Source: Candidatus Dojkabacteria bacterium HGW-Dojkabacteria-1 (GTDB lineage: Bacteria; Patescibacteriota; Dojkabacteria; SC72). From it: a stretch of DNA of 64,000 nt. The stretch is taken from contig PHAO01000001.1 in NCBI GenBank assembly GCA_002840365.1, positions 168,647 through 232,646 on the forward strand. The letters run 5' to 3'. A model generated the notes under the pieces. It worked only from the letters and a program-made list of their open reading frames with translations, was not told where the DNA came from and searched no databases. Positions 18,847-28,401 of this stretch are shown piece after piece (position 1 is the stretch's first letter; each line of letters begins with the position of its first letter). The position numbers were made by a program, and so were the translations under genes.

Positions 18847-19422
18847 ATGAGCTACTTTTTAGGTTTCTTTCCTGATCAGAAAGCTAACTACAAAATTCGA
18901 AAGGTTGTAGGAGAGGTAGGAAGAATATTCAGGGATTTTGATATTCCTGTTAGATGGGTTAAACCTGAAACATTCCATATATCTCTCTATATCCTAGGTG
19001 ACCATTTCAACATTATCCAAAGGTTTCTTCTCTCTAGAAAAATACAGAGAATTTCTTTTGAACCATTCACAATATCTCTTGGGAAGATAAAGTTAGGAAT
19101 ATCAAGAAAATACAAAGAACTAGTATATTTAGATATAAATGAGGGTGGAGAAGAATTAAGAGAGTTGTTGCATATTGTTAGGAAAGAAATACCTGGTAAA
19201 GACAGTAGTACATTTGTTCCTCACTTAACAATTGGTAGGGTAAGTAAGGACTTATCAGAAGAGGAATACAGAAATTTAGTAAAGGATATTCACAATATTT
19301 CTAAATCTTTAAATATTGAAGAGATATCTTTCACTGTTAATGAAATGTATTTAGTAAAAAGTAAGCAAGGAGTCTACTCCTTGGTAATGAAATTTGATGC
19401 TAAATCTAATATGTTGTCGTAA
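18847..19422 (+). CDS. 2H phosphoesterase (LigT/2'-5' RNA ligase-like)
   Basis: Two H-x-T/S-x motifs (HISLYILG, HLTIGRV). Confidence 0.65.
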   Translation: MSYFLGFFPDQKANYKIRKVVGEVGRIFRDFDIPVRWVKPETFHISLYILGDHFNIIQRFLLSRKIQRISFEPFTISLGKIKLGISRKYKELVYLDINEGGEELRELLHIVRKEIPGKDSSTFVPHLTIGRVSKDLSEEEYRNLVKDIHNISKSLNIEEISFTVNEMYLVKSKQGVYSLVMKFDAKSNMLS

Positions 19423-20237
19423 TTGTTTGTCCAAATTGCATTCTTGTTTCTTCTAAACCAAGTTCTTTGTCTTTTGGCATATGAGTATGTGTTTCTTTTG
19501 ATATTTTCCTTTACCTCATCTAAGGTAATTTGCTTTTCAAAATACTCCTTAAATTCCTTGTATCCAATACTATTCATCCCTTTATCTTCATAGGTATATC
19601 CCATTGAAAGTAGTTTCTTATTTTCTTCAAGTAATCCATCCTCAAACATCCTCTCTATTCTTTCATCTATTCTTTCTCTTAACTCTTCTTTAGGAATATC
19701 TATTACAAAATATATATGATTTAAATCCTTTCCTTTTTTCTTTCCTAATCCTTCTCTTTGTATTACACGTATTAATCTATGTTTGTTCTGCCTATCACTT
19801 TCAGTCATTTCCGGAAGATATTCCTTTGCCATTTGTTGTAATTGCTCTAATGAAAGAGAAGAGATATCCTCTTTAATGTTGTTTTCAGAGAGATCGTAGT
19901 TGAATACAATACTATCAATATACAGACCAGTTCCTCCCGTAAGTATTGGTATTGAGTTTTGTGTATCTAATATACTTTGGACTCTCTTTTGATATTCAAA
20001 AAGAGTAAAGTGTTCCTTCGGATCTACAAAATCATACAGAAAGTGGTCTACACATGTGTCCTCTATTTCTTTCTTTGTAGGCTTAGCAGTACCAATATCT
20101 AGATGTTTGTAAATCTGTCTTGAATCACCATTAAGGATATATCCATCGATATCTTTTGCTAACTTAGTAGCAATATCTGATTTCCCTGAAGCAGTAGGAC
20201 CTGCAATTACAATTATCTTTCCTTTGTAGTTAATCAT
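19374..20237 (-). CDS. miaA: tRNA dimethylallyltransferase
   Basis: IIVIAGPTASGKSDIATKLAK...ILNGDSRQIYKHLDIGTAKPT. Confidence 0.9.
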   Translation of the reverse strand: MINYKGKIIVIAGPTASGKSDIATKLAKDIDGYILNGDSRQIYKHLDIGTAKPTKKEIEDTCVDHFLYDFVDPKEHFTLFEYQKRVQSILDTQNSIPILTGGTGLYIDSIVFNYDLSENNIKEDISSLSLEQLQQMAKEYLPEMTESDRQNKHRLIRVIQREGLGKKKGKDLNHIYFVIDIPKEELRERIDERIERMFEDGLLEENKKLLSMGYTYEDKGMNSIGYKEFKEYFEKQITLDEVKENIKRNTYSYAKRQRTWFRRNKNAIWTNNYDNILDLASNFITKE

Positions 20238-20746
20238 TTAAGGAGATGTTTTGAAAACCAGTATATACTCCATATACTTCCTACACATGAGAGTATGCTA
20301 ATTACTAGTATCACCTGTGTTTGAATTGATACAAAAAGGAAGATGGAGCTGCCTAGGAGTATTAAAAATATCGTTTGTTTAGATGTGTCCATGAAGTACT
20401 CTAATCTAATATTTTCAATACTAAATCCTTTTTTGTGTCTTTTGTGTACATAGTAACCAATTAATATACCTAAGTTACTAATTAAAAGAATGGATGTAAG
20501 TATTGGTACTAATCTGAAGACTTCCGTTATTTGTATATCAAGAAGTACACTTGCTAAATACAATCCAATTACATTAAGTACTGCAGATATTGAGAAACCA
20601 ATTGAGGAAAGTAAAAGGAATCTAGTTTCCTTTGAAATGAGATATATTGCTATTAAAGAAATTAAAAGTATTCCAAACAGAAGTATACCTTCTTGTGTTT
20701 TCTCAAATGTACTCCAACCATACCAAAGGTTTGTAACTATATTCAT
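20234..20746 (-). CDS. hypothetical integral membrane protein (170 aa, ~5 TM helices)
   Basis: Hydrophobicity pattern only; translationally coupled to the upstream gene. Confidence 0.45.
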   Translation of the reverse strand: MNIVTNLWYGWSTFEKTQEGILLFGILLISLIAIYLISKETRFLLLSSIGFSISAVLNVIGLYLASVLLDIQITEVFRLVPILTSILLISNLGILIGYYVHKRHKKGFSIENIRLEYFMDTSKQTIFLILLGSSIFLFVSIQTQVILVISILSCVGSIWSIYWFSKHLLK

Positions 20747-21996
20747 AGTCTTAACAGTTTTCTTACTTTAAATGTATAGAAGCGAGCTATCTGTTCTGCA
20801 ATGTTTCCTAGTATTAGTAATACAAATAGATTTGATGCAAATATCTTTGCATACCCAGTTCCCAATATTGCTACCAAAGAAGCAATCAGTGCGAGTAAAA
20901 CTGTAACAATTATTCTAGATTCAGTATTTTCTGTAGTTATACGAAGTATTGCAACCATGACAATAACTTCGATAGCTAGGAGGAAAATATCTACAGGAAT
21001 TACTGCAATTTTAAGATATGCTATCCAAATTGATATTGTAATTATGGTTGTAAGTGCAGAGACTATTAAAGTCTTTTTCTCTGTCTTATCTATTAGTAAC
21101 AAATACGCATATATTACAACTACTGCAATAATTATGCCTTGAATGAGCTTTATGTAATCAGCTTCTACATTCTCTATTGGTACTTCCTGTTGATCTACAA
21201 GAGAATATGTAAATGGTACTATTCCAGAGTTGTACAAAATACTTATCAACTCTGCCTCCTCTCTCTCAAGAGTAGAGACAGGTAGTGCAAACAGTATTGG
21301 TTCAGTCGCAGGTACTTGTATAGGGGTTACAAATCCATCTATTGATACCCCAACCTCTTGGCCTTTGTAGAGGTTCATAAAGTCATTCCATTCACTATCC
21401 CATGGCCATGTTTTGTAAAGAGCAAAATATGAGTATTCGTTGGAAGCATTTTTTAATTTCGTTATATATATATTCCTAAACGATTCTCTAGTGAATCCTG
21501 TTGGCAGGTAGTTCTCTGCAAGATATATTGCATATGGGTTTTCGGGATCTTCAAAATCAATATCAGGATTCTTTGTTACAACTTCTAAAAGAAATGGACT
21601 CCTTATCAATTCATCTACAAACATCTGTGTAAGGGATGATTGTACATGGATTAATATGTACTCTTTCTCATTCTCGGAGTAGTTGGCCATATCTACTTTC
21701 TCTACACCTAACTTGCTTAATCTTCTGTAAAGAACTGATTTAATACCATCAATTTGTTTGTTTTTCTCTCTTGCATCTGAGTTATCTATTTCTAAGAGAT
21801 ACTCTTTTGCCCAATACATTTCACTCTTTGTTTTAAGATCGTATGTAACATTAGAGGAAACTGTTTCAGTTAAAGGCAGGGCTATCAATATACAAACAAG
21901 TACAAAGGAAGTAAGTAGTATGACTAGGAAATAGTTGAGTAAATATTTAAAATCTATTTTTCCAGCCTTTATCTTAGGGAGTTTGAAATTTTTCAT
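20743..21996 (-). CDS. hypothetical membrane protein with large extracytoplasmic domain and C-terminal multi-TM bundle
   Basis: N-terminal TM, ~250-aa soluble region, then 4-5 TM helices; no confident family. Confidence 0.5.
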   Translation of the reverse strand: MKNFKLPKIKAGKIDFKYLLNYFLVILLTSFVLVCILIALPLTETVSSNVTYDLKTKSEMYWAKEYLLEIDNSDAREKNKQIDGIKSVLYRRLSKLGVEKVDMANYSENEKEYILIHVQSSLTQMFVDELIRSPFLLEVVTKNPDIDFEDPENPYAIYLAENYLPTGFTRESFRNIYITKLKNASNEYSYFALYKTWPWDSEWNDFMNLYKGQEVGVSIDGFVTPIQVPATEPILFALPVSTLEREEAELISILYNSGIVPFTYSLVDQQEVPIENVEADYIKLIQGIIIAVVVIYAYLLLIDKTEKKTLIVSALTTIITISIWIAYLKIAVIPVDIFLLAIEVIVMVAILRITTENTESRIIVTVLLALIASLVAILGTGYAKIFASNLFVLLILGNIAEQIARFYTFKVRKLLRL

Positions 21997-21998
21997 CT

Positions 21999-22571
21999 TT
22001 ATATCAAGTCAGTATCTTTTCCAATTATTATTATCTTATCCTTAAGAAGAGCGTTCATTAAGATGGGGTCTTTCTTTCTTCTTCCAAATTCATAATCTTC
22101 TGGTTTCATAACGGCATACTTAATTACTCTGCCTAGTTCCTTCTCTATTCCATTCATTGCACTTGTTAATTCCCTTATTTTCATTTCACCGATAAAGAGC
22201 ATATCGATATCGGAAGGATCATCATGTTTGTTTTTAAGAAATGCCTCTGTAACAATTGCTACTTTTACTCCCTCTACAGGAGAAAGTGAAGAAAGTAGTA
22301 ATCTACCAGCATCTGAATCTTTGAAAAATATAGTTCTTAATTCCCAAAGTATTGGGCAATTCTTGTTAAGTGTATATACAATCTTGTTTCCCTCTTTTAC
22401 TGATTTAAGAATACCAGCATCTTTTAGATTAAGTAATTCTCTTCTTACAGCATTTATTTCCTCACCTAACTCTCTTACTAATCCTCTTACATGATATGTA
22501 GCCTTAACATTAAGCATGTACTTTTCAAGTATCCTTAATCTTACTTTTGAGATAAAAAGGTTTTTTAGCAT
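21999..22571 (-). CDS. putative winged-helix transcriptional regulator with C-terminal nucleotidyltransferase-like region
   Basis: wHTH-like N-terminus (VRLRILEKY...HVRGLVRELGEEINAVRRELLNLKDAGIL); C-terminal hint DIDMLFIG. Confidence 0.4.
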   Translation of the reverse strand: MLKNLFISKVRLRILEKYMLNVKATYHVRGLVRELGEEINAVRRELLNLKDAGILKSVKEGNKIVYTLNKNCPILWELRTIFFKDSDAGRLLLSSLSPVEGVKVAIVTEAFLKNKHDDPSDIDMLFIGEMKIRELTSAMNGIEKELGRVIKYAVMKPEDYEFGRRKKDPILMNALLKDKIIIIGKDTDLI

Positions 22572-22632
22572 AGCCCTTTAATATATACATATTAGATAGG
22601 CCTAGTTATATACACTAGGTCCATGGGGCATT

Positions 22633-23991
22633 TTATTGTTCAATTATAGCAAATTTTCCTTCAGAGCGAGATAGGGCATTAATCCATATTCTTCCTCTAT
22701 TGAATTGTACCTCATTTCCATCGCTATAGTAATACACAGTTCTGTCTAATCTACTAATTTTTTTCCATGTTCCCTCTAATATTTTCCCATCTATAAGGAA
22801 TACTGCTTTACCTTCTCCTATCGTATCTTGAATAATTCTTCCACTGTCATCATATGATGGCATCATACTTACTTCTTGTATTACTACATTTTTTGCAAAT
22901 ACCTGTGTATTAGTTTCTTGATCTAATGATGCCTGCTTTCCTGTTTGTAATAGGTAGCTATTTGTCTTAGGGTCATATGTCCACACTGTATCGTACAATC
23001 CGTTGTTGTTTATCCTTTGATGGAAGGTAATATTTATTTTGGTCTTTGTACCTCTTTCACTTACTACTGCATCATTTTTAAATTTCCATGCTTTAACAGT
23101 AGGAAATGAATCCCAATTCATCTTCTGTCCATACTCCCAAGCATTAGTAATTGATGAATATTCGTTGTGTGGGGCATATCTTCTACCATCATTCCATCTC
23201 CATGCACCAATAGTTGCAATTTTTTTAATATTGTAAGAAGAAATATTACCACAAGCATCAGTCTTAGGGTTATCTGTATCTGCGCACCCATCATAGATAA
23301 AGAGGGGGTCATATGGGCTTAGCCATTCTAAGTAATACTGTCTTGCACTTCTAATGGGTCCAACTTTTGCTGGGGCTTCACTCCAAAAAATACCTAAATA
23401 TCTTGTGATACCAGATTCTGCCAATGTCTCATACACGATATCTGCACTGTTAAGACCTGATTGTGGTCTTGCTTCTGCATGATTGTTAATCATTACTGCA
23501 ACAGGTCTCCTACCTTTTAATTTGTTCATCTCTGTTTTTGTAAACAGTAACCCATTAATTGGACTGACCTCTGTCCTTGGTTCTTGTGGTATTACAGAAG
23601 GGAGGTTAGTAAGTGAACTTGCAACTGCTTGAGATATTAGATATTCACTGTTTAGATTAATAATTTCTGAGGGGTTCTTGAATGGCTTTGCTTTGTAAAT
23701 GCCAAAGTAGTAAAAAGCAGCTATCCCAAACACAAGTAATACAGCTGAAGTAATTAACAATAGTTTTACTGTTTTAGGAGAGAGTTGTATTTTCTTCTTC
23801 ACTTTCTTGGTTTCTAACGTCGGATTAACCTCTTTCCCTATTTCATTTGTTTGTACTGCTTCCACTTCTACATTTAAATTCTCTTTAACAGGAGGAGATT
23901 CTACTACCTTACCTTTTGATATATTTAGTTCTTTTACCATATATATGGACAGTATTTTAGATATATATAATGTACCACTTGCTGTATACAA
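22633..23991 (-). CDS. DUF3048 (YerB-like) domain protein, membrane anchored
   Basis: RPVAVMINNHAEARPQSGLNSADIVYETLAESGITRYLGIF is the hallmark DUF3048 block; N-terminal TM helix. Confidence 0.7.
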   Translation of the reverse strand: MYTASGTLYISKILSIYMVKELNISKGKVVESPPVKENLNVEVEAVQTNEIGKEVNPTLETKKVKKKIQLSPKTVKLLLITSAVLLVFGIAAFYYFGIYKAKPFKNPSEIINLNSEYLISQAVASSLTNLPSVIPQEPRTEVSPINGLLFTKTEMNKLKGRRPVAVMINNHAEARPQSGLNSADIVYETLAESGITRYLGIFWSEAPAKVGPIRSARQYYLEWLSPYDPLFIYDGCADTDNPKTDACGNISSYNIKKIATIGAWRWNDGRRYAPHNEYSSITNAWEYGQKMNWDSFPTVKAWKFKNDAVVSERGTKTKINITFHQRINNNGLYDTVWTYDPKTNSYLLQTGKQASLDQETNTQVFAKNVVIQEVSMMPSYDDSGRIIQDTIGEGKAVFLIDGKILEGTWKKISRLDRTVYYYSDGNEVQFNRGRIWINALSRSEGKFAIIEQ

Positions 23992-24045
23992 TGTTAATTC
24001 CTTCTGTGTTAATATTTACATATATTAATATTATGCTAAAAAGAG

Positions 24046-25062
24046 ATGAAAAAGAGACTGTTTTTGTATATACCTTTGATACTTCTGTGTAGTATTCTTT
24101 TGACGGGCTGTACTAAAAAGGATGATGAATATGGAGACAAAATAAAGATTGTAGATTCTGAAAATGAAAAAAAGGAGACAGAATCTAAAGAAGAACCTAA
24201 AAAAGATAGTAGTGATTTAGGGTATCTTTCCAACCCTGATGAATATGCAAAAAGTAAGAAAAGTATTGGTGAATTAACTGATGCGGAATATACATTAGAC
24301 TCTTTAGAAGATTCTCAATCAAATGGATATCATGCATTTAATTTTAATATTTCTACCTCTACAGAAGGAGCAGGGCTTCCCTCGTTTACAGTAGAGCCTG
24401 TACTTGATAAAGGGGTGTATAGGGTAACGATAAGGAATGTAGGAAAGGATAATAGTGGTATTGCATATCAACAAAGTAGAGTTGTAGACAAGGGTGCTGT
24501 AACTGGAATATATCGTGCCGTTACTTCTACTCCTAAAACTGCAGTATATGAGATAGGGTTTTTAGGTAATAATCCATTTAAGCTAGATTACATTGAAACA
24601 GATGTAAATAGTTGGAATATATCTGTAAAGGTTGCATATGATTTAAAATATTCTCCTCCTACAATAGATTTCGGTAGTACAGAATTTAGTAATACATTGC
24701 AAAGTATAAAAGGTATGAGTGCTAGTGATGGTGCAAGAATATCGTCATACTCATACAGTGTAACAGGGGGAGTTCTTAAATTTGTATTCTCAGTAGCAAG
24801 TGGAACCTCAAACCCTATTCCAAGTGTAGAAGCACAGTATGACGAAATGAACATATTAGACGTTAGGTTTACCTCTCTTCAATCAGACAAGGTATCTACA
24901 TGGGGTAGTTCAATCACTCTACCAGCAGGTATTGTAGTTAATGTCTCAAGAGCTGGAGAGGTAAGTAGTTATAGATTTGGTGGTATAGGGGGAGCAAAAC
25001 CATTTAAACTAAGTGCTTCACAGAGTCCTAACCAAGTAGTAGTTGAGATAAAGACAAACTAG
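24046..25062 (+). CDS. lipoprotein, hypothetical
   Basis: Signal peptide with lipobox LLTGC; beta-rich body. Confidence 0.6.
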   Translation: MKKRLFLYIPLILLCSILLTGCTKKDDEYGDKIKIVDSENEKKETESKEEPKKDSSDLGYLSNPDEYAKSKKSIGELTDAEYTLDSLEDSQSNGYHAFNFNISTSTEGAGLPSFTVEPVLDKGVYRVTIRNVGKDNSGIAYQQSRVVDKGAVTGIYRAVTSTPKTAVYEIGFLGNNPFKLDYIETDVNSWNISVKVAYDLKYSPPTIDFGSTEFSNTLQSIKGMSASDGARISSYSYSVTGGVLKFVFSVASGTSNPIPSVEAQYDEMNILDVRFTSLQSDKVSTWGSSITLPAGIVVNVSRAGEVSSYRFGGIGGAKPFKLSASQSPNQVVVEIKTN

Positions 25063-25064
25063 TT

Positions 25065-25472
25065 ATGAAGGATATCGCTCTTGTATGGGATTTAAATGGG
25101 GTTCTTTTTAAGAACTTGGTAATTGACTTGAATACACTAAATATTGTTGAACAATTAAATGCTAAAGGTCTTTCCCAATATATTTGTACAAATACTCTTA
25201 CTTGGAAATTAGATGAATGGAGAGAAGAATATTCGTTAGAGAAATATTTCAAGAAAATATTTTCAATTAATGAGTTAGGTCTTTTAAAGAATGACCCTAA
25301 AGTATATGAATATATACAAAAAGAAATTCCTGAGAAGAATATATATTTTATTGATGATTCTCTTCATAATCTTAAGGCAGCAGAAACTATTGGTATAATT
25401 GGAATACAATATATTTCTGATAAGCAAATTAAAAAGGAACTTAAGTTGTTAAATATATATAATGATAACTAG
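25065..25472 (+). CDS. small HAD-like hydrolase domain protein
   Basis: N-terminal VWDLNGVLF resembles HAD motif I (DxDG[TV]L); C-terminal FIDDS resembles motif IV. Confidence 0.45.
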   Translation: MKDIALVWDLNGVLFKNLVIDLNTLNIVEQLNAKGLSQYICTNTLTWKLDEWREEYSLEKYFKKIFSINELGLLKNDPKVYEYIQKEIPEKNIYFIDDSLHNLKAAETIGIIGIQYISDKQIKKELKLLNIYNDN

Positions 25473-26043
25473 AGATAAAGCTCAAGAACTTTTAGAAAAG
25501 TATGTTACTACGCCATGGTTAAAATTACATATGAGAGAAACAGAAGTAATACTAAGAGGTTTAGCAAGAGAATTAGGTGAGAATGAAGATGAGTGGGGTA
25601 TTGCAGGTTTACTTCATGATTTAGATTTTGATTATGTAAACAAAGATCCTCAAAGGCATGTAATTGAATTAGACAAGATATTGGAAATTGAAGGTATAAA
25701 GATTGGAGAAGATATTACAGAGGATATGTATCATGCAATTAAGTCTCACTATGAGGATCATCCTGATATTACCCAAAAGAGAGAATCCAACTTTGACTAC
25801 GCACTTGCAGCAGCAGAAAACCTTAGTGGCTTTTTAGTTGCTTGTGCATTAGTTATGCCAGACAAGAAGATATCTAGTGTACAAGTTGAGAGTGTAATAA
25901 AAAAGTTTAAGAAGAAAGATTTTGCAAAGGCTGTTAACAGAGAATATATGTATGATATTGAGAAAACAGGAATCACTCTAGAAAGATTTGTAGAGATAGC
26001 ACTAGAGGAAATGAATAGTATTGCTGATGAAATAGGGCTTTAG
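25462..26043 (+). CDS. HD-domain phosphohydrolase
   Basis: WGIAGLLHDLDF (HD motif) and further His residues. Confidence 0.65.
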   Translation: MITRDKAQELLEKYVTTPWLKLHMRETEVILRGLARELGENEDEWGIAGLLHDLDFDYVNKDPQRHVIELDKILEIEGIKIGEDITEDMYHAIKSHYEDHPDITQKRESNFDYALAAAENLSGFLVACALVMPDKKISSVQVESVIKKFKKKDFAKAVNREYMYDIEKTGITLERFVEIALEEMNSIADEIGL

Positions 26044-26056
26044 TATAATGCTTTTA

Positions 26057-26132
26057 CGGGGTGTAGTTCAGATGGCTAGAACGCTTGCATGGGGTGCAAG
26101 AGGTCGCACGTTCAAGTCGTGTCACCCCGACC
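26057..26132 (+). tRNA. tRNA-Pro (anticodon GGG), CCA encoded
   Basis: Acceptor cggggtg/caccccg with C1:G72 (bacterial tRNA-Pro hallmark), anticodon arm cttgc-aUGGGGu-gcaag (U33, G37), T-arm gcacg-ttcaagt-cgtgt, discriminator A + CCA. Confidence 0.8.
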
Positions 26133-26342
26133 AGTTAAGACGAGACCCTCCCGAAACATTGATACATAGGCATTATCAGCGTGATACATGCCATTTATCA
26201 AAATTATCCAGATTCTACTAAATCTGTATAAAGTCCCTTTGTACAAGCATAATCACCGTTCAAGTCCTGTCAGGTCTTTAGCTATATTCCGCTCGTAAAA
26301 ATCGATATCATTTTATTCATATTATTTTTTACTAATATTTAT

Positions 26343-26585
26343 ATGGATAAAATGGATTTAATAGATTCAGATGTAACACTGGATGAGTTATTTGAGTGGT
26401 TGAAGGATGAGATTGAAAAAGGGAATTTTCCACAGTTTCAGGATAAATCAGATGAAGAATTGCTTGAACTTGTTAAGGTTGCAAAGCCATTAATTGAGAT
26501 CGAGCTAAGGTTAGCCAATGCATTTGCATGGGAGCAGGTAAATTCGATTAAGAAAAAGGGTAAGATTCTTCAAAGAAAGGCATGA
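26343..26585 (+). CDS. hypothetical small acidic protein (80 aa), same strand as the OLD-family gene 66 bp downstream
   Basis: ORF only; acidic helical N-terminal part and basic tail (KKKGKILQRKA). Confidence 0.4.
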   Translation: MDKMDLIDSDVTLDELFEWLKDEIEKGNFPQFQDKSDEELLELVKVAKPLIEIELRLANAFAWEQVNSIKKKGKILQRKA

Positions 26586-26651
26586 TCAGTATTATTTTTT
26601 TACTGAAATTGCGAAATGGAATATAATTAACTATACATTGAAGAAAACTAT

Positions 26652-28394
26652 ATGAAGATAAAGAGCGTTACAATTGAGAATTTCCGTTGCTTCGATACCC
26701 CTTTGGTAGTCAACTTTGAGAACTATTCTGGGCTAGTCGGAAAGAATGGAACTGGAAAAACATCTGTATTAGAAGCCATCAACTTAGCTACTTCTCAATA
26801 TTACGTTAGTTCTCGTATAAATGAATCTGATTTTAATAACGAAGAGAATATAAGGATTATAGTAGAATTTGATAAGTGCTTTGTCATGCTCATTCCTGAT
26901 GGTTTTGCTTCCCAATATGTACCTTCAAATAGAATCTATCTAGCAATCTCACGAAGATCAAAGGCCGCTGCCGGTAAGGCTTTAAATGACGGATATACAA
27001 TTAATCATTTTGCAATCCCATATACATATTCAAGTAGCACAGAGCTATCTGATGTATTAGAAGATAGTATGCTAAATGGTCAAGAATCGTTGGATAAGCT
27101 CCCTAATTCAGTACTCCTTAATGGTGACGAAGATGAATACAAGTATAAGATCACCAGGAAGAGTGGTACGGTAAAATACGCAGATTCAAGAAGTCTACAA
27201 CTTTCGAATAACATGATTGGATTCCCAAATGTCTTTTATTTTGATAAAGATCGTGAAGGAGAAACAAGTAAGAAATTCAACAATCTTATGTCTAGGATTT
27301 TAGATGATCTGAATTGGAGATACCTTTCAAAAACAAGCGATGAGACTGAAATACTCCAGTCGGAGGAATCCGAAGGCGAGGCTGTTATGGGAACAGCTAT
27401 TCTAGAGCAACTAATTCTAGATGTATGGGAAGAATATTACAATAAGGTAATTGGTACTGTTGAGAAAGAAAAATCAAAGAGAATTATTTATCCCTTAAAG
27501 AAGAAAATGAAAGACTTCTGGGGTGAGATGTATGAGGATCTAGAACTATCAGTTCTTGATCTTACAAGTCCATTTTCTTCAGGATTCTTCTCTCTAAGGA
27601 AACAGAAGAAATCAAAGCAGATTAAAGTAAACAACTTAGGATCTGGAGAGTCAATGATATTAGCCTATTTCCTCTTGCAAACAATCAGTAAATTATCGAA
27701 AGAGAGGGTAATATATCTTATAGATGAGCCAGAAATGCACTTGCATCCACAGGCGCAGGTTAAGTTATTCGATGAGATACAGAAGTCCAAGAACCAGGTG
27801 ATTTATACAACGCATTCGGATATGTTCGTTGATATTGGGGCTTGGAAATCTATTTTAAGGTTTTCACCAGAAGAGGTCTACCCAACAGAAGAAATTCTGA
27901 ATGACAAGAGCATTGAGGATAAGGCCATTAGTGAGCATCTTGAGGAGATTAAACAGTTCCACCAAGATAAAACAATCTTTGTGAGGGAAAATAATGAAAT
28001 ATTCTTTGCCGATAAGTGTTTGCTAGTTGAAGGTCCTATAGATAAGTATGGAAATGCGATTCTTGCTAAGAAATTATCGAAGGAATTTCAAAACACAACG
28101 ATTGTTAGCTGTACTGGCAAGACAAAAATACTTTATTATGTTCTGCTATGTAAAGCCTTTGGTATCCCTTATTTTGTGATCTATGATCAAGACGAAGAGG
28201 GTAAATATACACTTCTTGAAGATAATTCTGATAATATAGAATCATACACAACATCATTCGAGAAGGTTTTTGAGCAAGGCGAAGAAGCAAGAAGAAACGA
28301 TATTCTTACATATATAATTAATCTTGATAAGGAGAACATTCCAGAGGAAGTTGTGAATATAATTCAAACTATAAGTACTTGGTCAGACGAATAA
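26652..28394 (+). CDS. OLD-family nuclease: single-chain ABC-type ATPase plus C-terminal TOPRIM domain (class-1 OLD / GajA-like)
   Basis: KIKSVTIENFRCF N-terminus; Walker A GKNGTGKTS (26739-26765); ABC-signature-like LGSGES; Walker B/H-loop VIYLIDEPEMHLHP (~27716-27752); TOPRIM Glu LLVEGPID (~28021-28044) and DxD IYDQDEEG (~28181-28204); 580 aa. Confidence 0.8.
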   Translation: MKIKSVTIENFRCFDTPLVVNFENYSGLVGKNGTGKTSVLEAINLATSQYYVSSRINESDFNNEENIRIIVEFDKCFVMLIPDGFASQYVPSNRIYLAISRRSKAAAGKALNDGYTINHFAIPYTYSSSTELSDVLEDSMLNGQESLDKLPNSVLLNGDEDEYKYKITRKSGTVKYADSRSLQLSNNMIGFPNVFYFDKDREGETSKKFNNLMSRILDDLNWRYLSKTSDETEILQSEESEGEAVMGTAILEQLILDVWEEYYNKVIGTVEKEKSKRIIYPLKKKMKDFWGEMYEDLELSVLDLTSPFSSGFFSLRKQKKSKQIKVNNLGSGESMILAYFLLQTISKLSKERVIYLIDEPEMHLHPQAQVKLFDEIQKSKNQVIYTTHSDMFVDIGAWKSILRFSPEEVYPTEEILNDKSIEDKAISEHLEEIKQFHQDKTIFVRENNEIFFADKCLLVEGPIDKYGNAILAKKLSKEFQNTTIVSCTGKTKILYYVLLCKAFGIPYFVIYDQDEEGKYTLLEDNSDNIESYTTSFEKVFEQGEEARRNDILTYIINLDKENIPEEVVNIIQTISTWSDE

Positions 28395-28401
28395 ACTGAT
28401 A

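Noticed and set aside
20743-21996. SecD/SecF-like identity for the membrane protein with a large periplasmic domain and C-terminal TM bundle.
   Set aside because: The topology is reminiscent of SecD/SecF, but I could not find the conserved SecD/SecF TM motifs, so it is kept as hypothetical.
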